Below are positions 17,710-26,472 of a stretch of 33,456 nt of DNA, piece after piece (the first letter of the stretch is position 1; every line of letters begins with the position of its first letter). The DNA lies in the IMG/VR virus record IMGVR_UViG_3300038317_000322, positions 1-33,456 of that record. One strand, written 5' to 3'. The notes under the pieces are model-generated. The model saw nothing but the letters and a program-made list of their open reading frames with translations, was not told the origin of the DNA and made no database searches. Source of the DNA: a virus. Lineage: Duplodnaviria > Caudoviricetes. The position numbers and the translations under genes were made by a program.

Positions 17710-19399
17710 AAAGTGTTATCAATCCGCGCGATTCGTAAACGGATTCTCGCTCGTCTTGAGCCTCCTGCATAGCTGCTATGGCTATAACAAGAGAAACGAT
17801 AGGGTCTATTTTTTCTGTAGATTTTTCTTTGTTTGGCTTAATATTCCCCGCTGGATCAGAAGAAATAACCACGTTATCTGCTGCCCAGGTAAGAACTGGG
17901 TTATCACCATGCCTGAGCGTTTCATTCAAAACATGGGTTTCGAGTATTTTTGATGGAGCAGTCATTGAAGCATATCCTTGCCCTACCGGGACCACATCAA
18001 TGCCAGCGTCTTCGATTATTCTTGTAACTTCTTTTGCCCCCCAACGGTCAAAGCCTATTAACTCAAGAGCCGGATATTGTTTTTTAAAAGCTATTACTTC
18101 CTGAGCTATCGCCCTGTCATCGATAGCATTACCCTCAGTCCCTATTAGATACCCCTTTCCCATCCAATGATCATAGGGTACCTTATTTTTTTTGACTCTC
18201 TTCCACAAGTTTTCCAGAGGGCACCATGATTTATTCAAAACGTACAGAAGGCCATCTTCCGCTGGTTCAAAGACCAAAGTAAAAGATGCAAGGTCATTGA
18301 CAGAGGCCATATCCAACCCGCCATAACACCTGCGGTTCCAGAGTATTTCTGTATCGAATTCACCGCCGCAGGCTTTCCACATGGCAAGGTCAAACCATCG
18401 TGTTTCTGCTCTCGTCCAGACATTGAGTCTATAGCGTTTAAAAGCATTTTCTTTCGCAGGTGATTCTTGGGCTTCCAGGCATTCCTGCCGAAAGTTTTCC
18501 AGTTTTATAGTCTCTCCCAAGGAGGGGTTTGCCATAACCCACGCATCCTCATCACGCCAGTCTATTTCCTCAATGTCAGAATTTCTTGCTTCTGCATCTT
18601 CCCAATTCGTTGAATAGATCAGGGCAAAGAACGAATCATCAAATAGTAGCCCTTTGAGAATCTTTCTGGCGTATTCATGCTGTTCCCAGCAGATCGTGTA
18701 TCGGTCGAACCCCGCTGTAGTAATTGAAATGATAAGTGGCTGATCCCTTGCAGCCCCGCCATAGCGCAACGTATCCCAAAGGGCTCGTTTTTTCTGAGCA
18801 TGAAGCTCGTCAAAGATCAAGCCGTGAATGTTGAGCCCTTCTTTCGTCGGTACGTCTGCGCTCAGAGCCTGGTAGATGCTGTTTGTTTTTGGATAATAGA
18901 TAGTCTTGGTAGACGGCCTTCTTTTCAGCCTTTTCTTCAGTGCCGGGCTCTTCAAAATCATTCTCTCTGACCCGCCAAAAACAATGCTGGCCTGCTGCCG
19001 GTCAGCAGCTGCAGTATAAACTTCTGCACCCTGCTCGCCGTCTGCCATAGTCAGGTAAAGTCCCAGACCGGAACATAACTCTGATTTTCCATTCTTCTTC
19101 GGAATCTCTATGTAAGCCTGTCGAAACCGCCGCGTCCCATCTTTGCGTTTCCATCCGAAGAGCGGCGCTAAGAAGTTGTATTTCTGCCAGTCCATAAGCA
19201 AAAAAGGCTCGCCTGCCCATCTCCCCTGGGAGTGCTTTAGATACCGTTCAAAGAAATTGATAACACGCTTGCCTGCACGCTCGTCAAAGTAGTGACCAGT
19301 TGAGACAGCGTGTTCATCCGCTATGGTAAGGGGTAGCTTCTCGGCGTCAAACTCCACATGGGGATATTTATTCTTGACATCGGGACGATACCATTTCAT
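17708..19399 (-). CDS. terL: Terminase large subunit
   Basis: Walker A IPKKNGKS, Walker B LIFDELH, ITTAG, nuclease GGLDMA and KIDP. Confidence 0.97.
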   Translation of the reverse strand: MKWYRPDVKNKYPHVEFDAEKLPLTIADEHAVSTGHYFDERAGKRVINFFERYLKHSQGRWAGEPFLLMDWQKYNFLAPLFGWKRKDGTRRFRQAYIEIPKKNGKSELCSGLGLYLTMADGEQGAEVYTAAADRQQASIVFGGSERMILKSPALKKRLKRRPSTKTIYYPKTNSIYQALSADVPTKEGLNIHGLIFDELHAQKKRALWDTLRYGGAARDQPLIISITTAGFDRYTICWEQHEYARKILKGLLFDDSFFALIYSTNWEDAEARNSDIEEIDWRDEDAWVMANPSLGETIKLENFRQECLEAQESPAKENAFKRYRLNVWTRAETRWFDLAMWKACGGEFDTEILWNRRCYGGLDMASVNDLASFTLVFEPAEDGLLYVLNKSWCPLENLWKRVKKNKVPYDHWMGKGYLIGTEGNAIDDRAIAQEVIAFKKQYPALELIGFDRWGAKEVTRIIEDAGIDVVPVGQGYASMTAPSKILETHVLNETLRHGDNPVLTWAADNVVISSDPAGNIKPNKEKSTEKIDPIVSLVIAIAAMQEAQDERESVYESRGLITL

Positions 19400-19863
19400 T
19401 CAAAATCAGCCTCAAATGGGTCGATTTCTTTATCCTTCGGGAGAACCAGACGACACCTCGAAGACGGAGTCAGGCCAAATTCAGCACAAAAGGACTTGAT
19501 TATCTGAGCGTATTTGATGGCCATGGCCACCTCGGGACGAGGCACTAAATTCACTTCTCCACGAACGTTGGTATATGACATTGTCATACCTTCTCTGTTT
19601 ATCGTTTCCGTGGCTTCCAGCCATTTGGAATACGCGTCACAATAAACTGCGAGGGCTGCTCTGTCTATTTTGCTTAAGAGCCCTAGATCATAAAGGTCCT
19701 TGGCTATTCTTTTCCATTCGTTTTTAGCACCTTGACCAAGAGTCGACGGACAGAGCGGTCTTCCCTCTGGTTCCTGAGCATCCAAATTCAGCTTCCGCTT
19801 TCCTGGATTCCCCTCCAAAGCTTTCAGTTTGTCAGGTTTTGGCCTTGGTCCCCGCCTGCCCAT
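19396..19863 (-). CDS. terS: Terminase small subunit, P27 family
   Basis: GNPGKR, EWKRI, LAVYC, EFGLTPSSR. Confidence 0.95.
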   Translation of the reverse strand: MGRRGPRPKPDKLKALEGNPGKRKLNLDAQEPEGRPLCPSTLGQGAKNEWKRIAKDLYDLGLLSKIDRAALAVYCDAYSKWLEATETINREGMTMSYTNVRGEVNLVPRPEVAMAIKYAQIIKSFCAEFGLTPSSRCRLVLPKDKEIDPFEADFE

Positions 19864-19965
19864 CTCATCACCTCCAATTCAAAAGGCTAAGCGAAACTTG
19901 CGGACACGCACAATCTAATCCACGCCGTTGACTTAGGGCTCAGGTTGTAGAGATTTTATCCCCCC
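19864..19965. other. Probable cos packaging region
   Basis: Intergenic between HNH and terS, where cos lies in HK97-like phages; minus strand begins GGGGGATAAAATCTCT. Exact cut site not determined. Confidence 0.55.
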
Positions 19966-20259
19966 CTACCCATGCTTTTTGTTATGGCACGCCCGACATA
20001 AACTTTGTAAATTACTTTCGTCAAGAGGCGCACCGCCTTCACTAATCGGCAGAATGTGGTCAACCATTTCTGCTAATCTAACTTTCCCGTTCCGTTCACA
20101 TTCCTCACATATCGGATGTGCGGACCTATAAAGTTCTCTGAGCTTCCTCCACCGAGTGGAAGCATAAAACTTATGTAGCTTCGGCCTCAACTGGTTATAT
20201 TGCTTCTCCCGCCGTTTTCGCTTCTTTTCCATCCACGCTTCACCGGGTTTTCTGGGCAT
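19966..20259 (-). CDS. Terminase-associated HNH endonuclease
   Basis: HPICEEC...VDHILP..GG..LD..NLQSLCRACHNKKH; SD GAGGTG before ATG 20259. Confidence 0.93.
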   Translation of the reverse strand: MPRKPGEAWMEKKRKRREKQYNQLRPKLHKFYASTRWRKLRELYRSAHPICEECERNGKVRLAEMVDHILPISEGGAPLDESNLQSLCRACHNKKHG

Positions 20260-20372
20260 GAGTTCACCTCTCTCCCAAATACCAAATATAAACTTTAGTT
20301 TAAATTGCCATAAAATAGCGATCACCTACACTTTGTAAAAAACTTCCTCATAAGACTAAATATTTATATAAC

Positions 20373-20495
20373 CCGCTCTACTACAGGCTTTGCGCCTTGA
20401 TAGAAAGGCGGAGCTGATCTAACGTGAATCTGACATAACTTATGTTCTGTAACATTCGCCAACTACAACTTCGAGCCGCATGAACACAGGCTTTG
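20373..20495. repeat. Putative tyrosine-recombinase site: 13-6-13 inverted core flanked by 20-bp direct repeats
   Basis: GAATCTGACATAA-CTTATG-TTCTGTAACATTC (20426-20457, arms 10/13); CCGC-N6-ACAGGCTTTG at 20373-20392 and 20476-20495 (15/20 identical). Confidence 0.6.
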
Positions 20496-20550
20496 TTGCC
20501 AGTTATAAATGACTTAATTTTGCGTTTATTAAAAAACTTATTTATATCGC

Positions 20551-21159
20551 TTATTTAATTCCCTGGAAGGTAACACTTTCATAGATAAAATCCTTCTGGA
20601 CTTGATCAACGCAAATGTAGCGAAGCGTGTCCTTTGCTGAGTTGTGGCCATATATCTCTTGTATGGCAGCTATATCTTTTGTAGTTTTATAAGCCCAGTA
20701 TCCCCATGTTTTACGTATAGTGTGTGTTCCTACTGATTCTTCTATTCCGCAGGCCTCTTTTGCCTCTTTAAGAATTGCGTACGCTGTTTGCCTAGTGATG
20801 CTTCTAAGACTTCCATCTTTGTTTCTCTTGCGTGAAATAAAAAGAGGATATTCCATCTCAGCTTCTTTAAAAGGTGTTAGATATTCTCTTAAAAAATCTC
20901 TGACGGGATTATTTATCTTTATAAGACGGGTTTTTCTTGTCTTGTTTTCTTTTATGTTTATGTGTGTTCGAATCTGCCTTCTGCCCCCAGGCTTTTCAAC
21001 AAGAACATCTTTCACTTTTAGTTTTAGAAGATCCGTTATCCGCAACCCAACGTGTATTCCCATAAAAACCCAACCGTAATCTCTAAAATTTTTCTTATGA
21101 AGATATTTGAGCATCGCTTTGATTTGTTTTCGATCTTTAAGCGGTTGAACTGTGTTCAT
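20551..21159 (-). CDS. Small tyrosine recombinase (catalytic domain only)
   Basis: GLRITD, KENKT, HTIRKT, YGH, TLRYI give the full R-K-H-R-H-Y set in about 202 aa. Confidence 0.92.
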   Translation of the reverse strand: MNTVQPLKDRKQIKAMLKYLHKKNFRDYGWVFMGIHVGLRITDLLKLKVKDVLVEKPGGRRQIRTHINIKENKTRKTRLIKINNPVRDFLREYLTPFKEAEMEYPLFISRKRNKDGSLRSITRQTAYAILKEAKEACGIEESVGTHTIRKTWGYWAYKTTKDIAAIQEIYGHNSAKDTLRYICVDQVQKDFIYESVTFQGIK

Positions 21160-21368
21160 CGCCCACCACACGCCTGTCTCATTCGATTAATAGACCAGCC
21201 CCTCTTTGCCCTTCGTTCGCACCAACGGCGCATTATACGAAGATCACAGAATTCCATGTACGTAATGATTTCGGCTCCAAAAGGGAGAGGGGAACATCGT
21301 ACATCAGACATGCCAATACGTACGCATTTTTTCTCTGGAATTCCCCAGAGAACATACTGCCTCGCCAT
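21156..21368 (-). CDS. Hypothetical protein
   Basis: SD GAGGAGG before ATG 21368; stop overlaps the recombinase ATG. Confidence 0.6.
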   Translation of the reverse strand: MARQYVLWGIPEKKCVRIGMSDVRCSPLPFGAEIITYMEFCDLRIMRRWCERRAKRGWSINRMRQACGGR

Positions 21369-21387
21369 GCTGATGCCTCCTCTCAAT

Positions 21388-21424
21388 AAAAAAGGCCCCA
21401 ACAGAAGAATCTGCCAGGGCCTTT
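21388..21424 (-). terminator. Terminator immediately downstream of the putative late promoter
   Basis: Minus strand AAAGGCCCTGGCAGA-TTCT-TCTGTTGGGGCCTTT-TTT. Confidence 0.7.
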
Positions 21425-21445
21425 CGTATTTATTTCCACACTACC

Positions 21446-21454
21446 ATTTTAACA
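21446..21454 (-). promoter_or_regulatory. Putative late promoter (extended -10 TGtTAAAAT)
   Basis: TG-n-TAAAAT with no clear -35, just downstream of the putative late regulator gene. Confidence 0.5.
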
Positions 21455-21519
21455 GTTTTAAAAAGATTATCAGCGGAACATCAAACATATTATTAACGGA
21501 GTATTAGAGACTTTGGTTT

Positions 21520-22020
21520 TTATTCTCCAAACAACGCGAGCTGAAAGCCTCCTATCACCTCACGAGCTATTGCCAATGGTACCGTCTTACGTCTTCTTGT
21601 CACTGTTTTAGGATTAACGGAATATTTTGTTGCAACACGTGCTAACATACTTTCTTTATAAAGCCTTGAAGAGAAAGGATTATCCATGTATCTGACATGA
21701 TCTATAAACATATTCCAGTCAGCAGGAAATACTTTTCTGAATGATCTTGCTGACTGGACTACCGTTTCCCATGTACCTAATGTCTCAAGGAATTGAACAA
21801 TGGCATCTCCAGCTGCTATTTGGCCGAAAAAAGCGTCAGTATTCACACTTGAATCTACCCGCTCAATATCATCTTCGCTTTTAATAGACTGCGCTAGCTC
21901 AAACCACTCGACATCAGAAAGAGGAGGACGCTCTCCCAATAAGACCATTACGCCTGATGGGTGGTAGGTCACAAGTAAATCTATAATTGCTGATAAGCGC
22001 TCTATCTCATTCATTGTCAT
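21520..22020 (-). CDS. Putative late transcription regulator
   Basis: Last early gene; C-terminal HTH-like LARVATKYSVNPKTVTRRRK; occupies the position of Q/RinA/ArpU regulators. Confidence 0.55.
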   Translation of the reverse strand: MTMNEIERLSAIIDLLVTYHPSGVMVLLGERPPLSDVEWFELAQSIKSEDDIERVDSSVNTDAFFGQIAAGDAIVQFLETLGTWETVVQSARSFRKVFPADWNMFIDHVRYMDNPFSSRLYKESMLARVATKYSVNPKTVTRRRKTVPLAIAREVIGGFQLALFGE

Positions 22021-22034
22021 CCTCCTCTACTTCC

Positions 22035-22286
22035 TTACCCTTGCTGTTGCTTAAACCAGGCGTTATATACCTTTTCTTCTAAAGTATCTCCCTCAAATTT
22101 ATAAATAGGCTTCTCCCCTTTTTTAGGGTTATCCCACTTTTCCCACGCTTCTTCTAATGTTTCACATGGGCCTGTTTGTTGACCATAACATTCTGAACAT
22201 ATTATGGTTATTTTATTTCCAACTTCTGTTAGAATTTCTATTTTTGGAGGGCCTCCGCAGTATTTGCATTTCATATGGCTAGCCAT
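22035..22286 (-). CDS. Zn-ribbon protein, Lar (restriction alleviation)-like
   Basis: CKYCGG...ICSEC...TLEEAWEKWD pattern. Confidence 0.6.
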   Translation of the reverse strand: MASHMKCKYCGGPPKIEILTEVGNKITIICSECYGQQTGPCETLEEAWEKWDNPKKGEKPIYKFEGDTLEEKVYNAWFKQQQG

Positions 22287-22325
22287 TATTTGTCCTCTTC
22301 ATATCCTCATTCTGTTTATCCTACC

Positions 22326-22943
22326 TTACACTCTTTCAAACTCAAGAACCCACACCCATGGGTTATCTCTCCATTTTTTACCGTCCTTAGCAGTAGAATC
22401 CCAAAGTTTTATAAAATTGTCTTTGTAAATTTTTTCGCATGTATCTTCAAGACAATTAATTGCAGAGTTTTGTATTGGATCCACCCCTTCTTTTTTTATA
22501 TCATTTATGGATATTCGTTGAAGAAGATCAATGCGTACATTAGTTATCCTTAGAGTTATTCTACTTGCCCATCGCGGCATATGTACCGCAGATCGCCACT
22601 TGCCACGAATAGCCTTTGGATTATGGAATCCGTACCTGCTATCGGCATTATCTATACAAAAATATGCCCCATCAGCTGCAAACCATACAGGCCAATACCT
22701 GAAATTACTTGGTGGATCAGCATTTAAACTCTTTTCTACGGCCCATTTTTCTTTTACCCAAAGATGGGCACCTATATTACCGAATGGACAACTGAAAGGT
22801 GTCCATAAAAAGTGAGATTTTTTAAAATGCTCTGTAAGAGCAATTCGACTCATCGTTTTCTTGCCTTGTAAAATAGTCCTTACCATTTCGCTATTAAACA
22901 AAATTGGTTTTTCTTCAGGGAGTGCCATTGTTTTTTCATGCAT
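22326..22943 (-). CDS. Conserved phage early protein (ASCH/PUA-like)
   Basis: EKPILFNSEMV..IL.GKKT, CPFG, LWVKE, HMPRWASRITL, NPWVWVLEF. Confidence 0.75.
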   Translation of the reverse strand: MHEKTMALPEEKPILFNSEMVRTILQGKKTMSRIALTEHFKKSHFLWTPFSCPFGNIGAHLWVKEKWAVEKSLNADPPSNFRYWPVWFAADGAYFCIDNADSRYGFHNPKAIRGKWRSAVHMPRWASRITLRITNVRIDLLQRISINDIKKEGVDPIQNSAINCLEDTCEKIYKDNFIKLWDSTAKDGKKWRDNPWVWVLEFERV

Positions 22944-22960
22944 GCCGTTTACCTCCTGCG

Positions 22961-23878
22961 TTACCTTCCTATAGGCAGTTTCTTCTGCACATTCTTGCGT
23001 GTTCTAAAATCCCGCGCCTTGATAAACAAGGGGTGCGACATCTCTGTCAGCCGAGAAACTATTCTCGTACCGTGCTCACCCAACATTTCTTTAAGCTGTG
23101 ACATAGAGCACGCATTTGTTGTTATCACTGTCTGTTTCCCCGACCTGTACCGTGCGTCTATGAGAGAAAAAAGTTGCTCATCGACCCAACTTTTATCCTT
23201 TCTCTGTGCCCCTAAATCATCAATGGCTATACAATCGGCATCTTTTACGGCCTGTTGGGTTTTATTTGCTGTTCCATCCTCAAAGCCCGAACGGATTTCA
23301 TCAAGCAAATCAACCACCGGCACGAATACTGCGCTTTTCCCACGTGAAGTAAGAGACTGAACTATAGCAATGGCCAGATGGGTTTTTCCCACACCCGTAC
23401 CACCACCTAAAACGAGAGAGAAACCATCTTCCACACTCGCCATGGCCAAACCCTTTGCAGTTCTGATGATAGGATCATCCATGGTCTTAAATGTATCGAA
23501 AGTACAGCGTTTCATGGCTTCTGGAATTTTGCTCGTTTTTACCAACTGTTCAGTTTTCTTTTGCTTCTCGTATTTTTGGCGATCTAGGCAGTTACCTACT
23601 TTTATTGATAAAACTTGCCGACCAAATAATTCTTCAAAACGCATTACATACCTCATTCCGCGGTATTTACACCCGCCATATCCCGGGCAATGAGTGCAAT
23701 AACGATCTTGCTCTTGTACGTAAAGAATGTCTGAAGCAGAATTATCTAAGGCTTCTATCGTGAGCGACGGATCTTTAAAATATTGCTGTAAATATTCGAG
23801 TGCTTTTTTCTCGTCTTGGGCTTTTCTACGAGGGTACTGAGTTAACAAAGCTTCTAGGCTTGTCATCGTCTCTGTCAT
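22961..23878 (-). CDS. DnaC/IstB-like AAA+ helicase loader
   Basis: GGTGVGKTHLA, IDDLG, LIDARY, ITTN, RIVSRL; N-terminal Cys cluster. Confidence 0.92.
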   Translation of the reverse strand: MTETMTSLEALLTQYPRRKAQDEKKALEYLQQYFKDPSLTIEALDNSASDILYVQEQDRYCTHCPGYGGCKYRGMRYVMRFEELFGRQVLSIKVGNCLDRQKYEKQKKTEQLVKTSKIPEAMKRCTFDTFKTMDDPIIRTAKGLAMASVEDGFSLVLGGGTGVGKTHLAIAIVQSLTSRGKSAVFVPVVDLLDEIRSGFEDGTANKTQQAVKDADCIAIDDLGAQRKDKSWVDEQLFSLIDARYRSGKQTVITTNACSMSQLKEMLGEHGTRIVSRLTEMSHPLFIKARDFRTRKNVQKKLPIGR

Positions 23879-24726
23879 TCAAGATCACCTCCGTATTTTT
23901 CAAGCAAAGCCTGCTGTTGCCTGGATTCCCACTCTTTTAAGTCAGACGCTCGCTGTTTTTCGTATGGGTCGTCAGGTGTCAAAGCCCTTTGTGTTTTAGA
24001 TTTGCCATTCCGCCCCGAAGTCTGATATTTCAAGCTTTCGTAAATATATTCGAGAGTGAGAGTGTGCAGCGGACGTTTCTTTTTCTCGTATCGCGATACA
24101 GCCTTCCCAATCTCTTGGTTCACCCGTGCGGGAACATGAATCTTTTCGAGGGTTTTGACCGCGGAAAGTTCTCCTGGCGTAATTCCCTTTCTACCCGTTT
24201 TGAGCAAGAAATATTCCACGGTTGGGCGCATCACCTGAGGAACCTCATCAATATCAACGAATTCTGCATTTTCCTGTGAAGGAAGGGCCTCGTCAGAGGG
24301 GGGTTCTTCCTTCTCTGAAAGAGAAGTAGTATCTAGTTCACTAAATATAGTTCTGGGTGACTCACTGTCAGGGGGGGTATGACTACCAGTCATGGGGGGC
24401 TGACTCTCTGTCATCCCCTGAGCCCCCAAAATATCGTAAATATTCGATGATTGCCCCTTCTCTGTCATTCTTTCATGAATACGTATAAGTCCTCTTTTTT
24501 CAAGTCCCTCAAGGCATCTTCTAACTTGCCGTGCAGAACAAGAAGCCGCCTTTGCAAGGGTTTTTACAGAAGGGAAGCACGAATTAGCTCTTGACGCAAA
24601 CGTACAAAGAGCTACATACACCATTTTTTCATATGTTGACAGATCTGAATCCATAATCACAGGAATATCAACCCTCGCAAAAGGAAATGCCCTGCAATCT
24701 ACAACTTTAATGTCATTCGCAGACAT
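23875..24726 (-). CDS. Phage replication initiator (N-terminal winged HTH)
   Basis: LSTYEKMVY...CFPSVKTLA...RRCLEGLEKRGLI...SNIY; internal iterons; followed by the loader gene. Confidence 0.88.
   Translation of the reverse strand: MSANDIKVVDCRAFPFARVDIPVIMDSDLSTYEKMVYVALCTFASRANSCFPSVKTLAKAASCSARQVRRCLEGLEKRGLIRIHERMTEKGQSSNIYDILGAQGMTESQPPMTGSHTPPDSESPRTIFSELDTTSLSEKEEPPSDEALPSQENAEFVDIDEVPQVMRPTVEYFLLKTGRKGITPGELSAVKTLEKIHVPARVNQEIGKAVSRYEKKKRPLHTLTLEYIYESLKYQTSGRNGKSKTQRALTPDDPYEKQRASDLKEWESRQQQALLEKYGGDLE
24358..24413. repeat. Replication origin iterons, 3 x TGAC-N5-GTCA
   Basis: TGACTCACTGTCA (24358), TGACTACCAGTCA (24380), TGACTCTCTGTCA (24401), 21-22 bp period with G-run spacers, inside the initiator gene. 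Confidence 0.8.
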
Positions 24727-24727
24727 G

Positions 24728-25159
24728 CTATTTCACCCCTGTACTGCCAAAACCGCCCTCTCCACGCTCGGTTTCATCCAGTACATCTACAACTACAAAG
24801 CCTGGTAATTCCACTTTGAGAATCACCATCTGGGCTAGTCTGTCTCCACGCTGAATGGTAAAGGGCTTTGTACCATCATTTCGAAGAGGAAGCATTACTT
24901 CGCCTCGATACTGATGATCAATTACGCCTACCCCGTTACAGAGGTGAATTCCATGCTTATAGGCCAATCCGCTTCTTGGAAAAATAAAGCCGCCATATTG
25001 ATATGGAATAGCTACCTTAAAACCAGCTGGAATGTTGCAAGCTTCACCTGGATAAATAACAACATCTATAGCACTTCTAATGTCTGCTCCGGCATCGCCA
25101 ATATTTTTTCTTTTAGGTATAAAAAGATCGTCTTCGACAACAATTCGTAAATTATCCAT
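24728..25159 (-). CDS. dut: dUTPase (trimeric)
   Basis: DAGADI, PRSGLA, GVIDHQYRGE, GDRLAQ, RGEGGFGSTG; SD GGAGG before ATG 25159. Confidence 0.96.
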   Translation of the reverse strand: MDNLRIVVEDDLFIPKRKNIGDAGADIRSAIDVVIYPGEACNIPAGFKVAIPYQYGGFIFPRSGLAYKHGIHLCNGVGVIDHQYRGEVMLPLRNDGTKPFTIQRGDRLAQMVILKVELPGFVVVDVLDETERGEGGFGSTGVK

Positions 25160-25161
25160 GA

Positions 25162-25380
25162 CTAAACCTCCTTGGGCTTTACACATCTCAAAAAAAGTTT
25201 GTCGTTACCATGTTTGCGCTCGCATGCTGCAAAATTGAAAAACGGATCTAGCCGAATATATCTATTCCCATCCGAATGTAAGAATATTTCCCCTACACGC
25301 TGTTGCTTTGTTCTCTCACGACCGCTTTTATCTACATACTTTCCTACAGCGACAAAAATCTCATACTCTACGCTAGGCAT
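25162..25380 (-). CDS. Hypothetical protein (possible small ssDNA-binding beta protein)
   Basis: VGKYVDKSGRERTKQQRVG...YIRLD; operonic with overlapping neighbours. Confidence 0.55.
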   Translation of the reverse strand: MPSVEYEIFVAVGKYVDKSGRERTKQQRVGEIFLHSDGNRYIRLDPFFNFAACERKHGNDKLFLRCVKPKEV

Positions 25381-25742
25381 TCGTCTAGTTCCTTGATTTT
25401 GTTGTGGTGAAAGACCACAGGGATGTTCAGCTTATTGGCATACTCTATTTCCATCTTGCAACCTTCAGAGCTCGCCCAATCGCCGAATACCCAAACCTCA
25501 TCGGCAAGAGATAGCATGTTTCGGCATTGTTCAAAAACATCTTTTTGGTCGCCAAAAACAGGCATAAAACTAAATGCATGAATGGGAGAAAGAAGTAGTG
25601 TGTCTTTGGCTCCCACTATGGCTGATACGTTGCGGCATATAGTATCTATAGCTACACTATTTTTCCAAATTTCATCGATATCGGCTGTTTCTCCTCGCAG
25701 TGGATGTGCTATATAAATTTTTTTCATCTGATTACCTGCCAT
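25368..25742 (-). CDS. Nucleoside 2-deoxyribosyltransferase-like / DUF4406-type protein
   Basis: KIYIAHP, LSP, DEVWVFGDW..SEGC..EIEYA....IPV. Confidence 0.75.
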   Translation of the reverse strand: MAGNQMKKIYIAHPLRGETADIDEIWKNSVAIDTICRNVSAIVGAKDTLLLSPIHAFSFMPVFGDQKDVFEQCRNMLSLADEVWVFGDWASSEGCKMEIEYANKLNIPVVFHHNKIKELDECLA

Positions 25743-26034
25743 TCCGACCTACAGGTAGCGCCGCTACCCCGGTCTCTTGCTCATATTGATGGTCAAGAGT
25801 GCGAAAAACGTAGGAAATACCACTCCCGGTAAGTTTTATATTCATCGTTGAGGTTATTGCATCTGCTATTTTTTGCCAGCTATATCCCGCTATGCGGGCA
25901 TCTCTAATTTCACAATAAAGCTCCGTTACTATTTTTCGAGTAATGCCACTTGATTTGTTCGGTTGGGGCACTTTCGCCATGGAAGTGAGCTTTGCTCTAG
26001 CCGTACACATTCCAGCGATATCAAAGTCAGTCAT
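25732..26034 (-). CDS. Hypothetical protein with HTH-like segment
   Basis: GYSWQKIADAI; SD GAGGAGG. Confidence 0.6.
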   Translation of the reverse strand: MTDFDIAGMCTARAKLTSMAKVPQPNKSSGITRKIVTELYCEIRDARIAGYSWQKIADAITSTMNIKLTGSGISYVFRTLDHQYEQETGVAALPVGRNGR

Positions 26035-26065
26035 TACGCCGCATCCTCCTCAATATGCTAAAATG

Positions 26066-26091
26066 AGGCTAGGAGTTACAGCTCCTAGCCT
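26066..26091. terminator. 10-bp hairpin, possible early-operon terminator
   Basis: AGGCTAGGAG-TTACAG-CTCCTAGCCT; only weak U-tracts on either strand. Confidence 0.45.
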
Positions 26092-26099
26092 ATAAGTTT

Positions 26100-26282
26100 T
26101 CAAACAGTCTCTGATTTTCGGATCAGAGACTCTCTTTTTATCCTTTGGCAAGCTTTTACTATTATTTCCCTCGTACGAGTGTTCTCTTCAGTTCGTCGAA
26201 AAACAACGCCTCGCAATTTTTGCCCTCTATAGTTCAACAAACTAACAACTGCATTTCGGACAGCTCTTTTCATGCCAGACAC
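26100..26282 (-). CDS. Hypothetical basic protein
   Basis: Operonic, overlaps the upstream gene. Confidence 0.5.
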   Translation of the reverse strand: MSGMKRAVRNAVVSLLNYRGQKLRGVVFRRTEENTRTREIIVKACQRIKRESLIRKSETV

Positions 26283-26470
26283 ATTCTTTCTCTTTGTTTT
26301 TGGAGATTTGCCAGCTGCGCAATCTCATCTCTAATCTTTTTTCTGCTTAGACTATCGTTATATTTTTGATGTAACACCTCTGCATGTGCCGTCCTAACAC
26401 GTTGCAGTTCAATAGCGTCATCAAATTCTTTTAAAGCTTGAGCCTTTGAAAGCCATACAACGCAATGCAT
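26270..26470 (-). CDS. Hypothetical protein
   Basis: Operonic; SD-like GAGGG. Confidence 0.55.
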   Translation of the reverse strand: MHCVVWLSKAQALKEFDDAIELQRVRTAHAEVLHQKYNDSLSRKKIRDEIAQLANLQKQRERMCLA

Positions 26471-26472
26471 TG

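Noticed and set aside
20426-20457. Chromosomal dif or attP core
   Set aside because: It only partly resembles dif (CATAA...TTATGTT with the wrong spacing), lies mid-prophage and is tied to the small recombinase; no second copy noticed.
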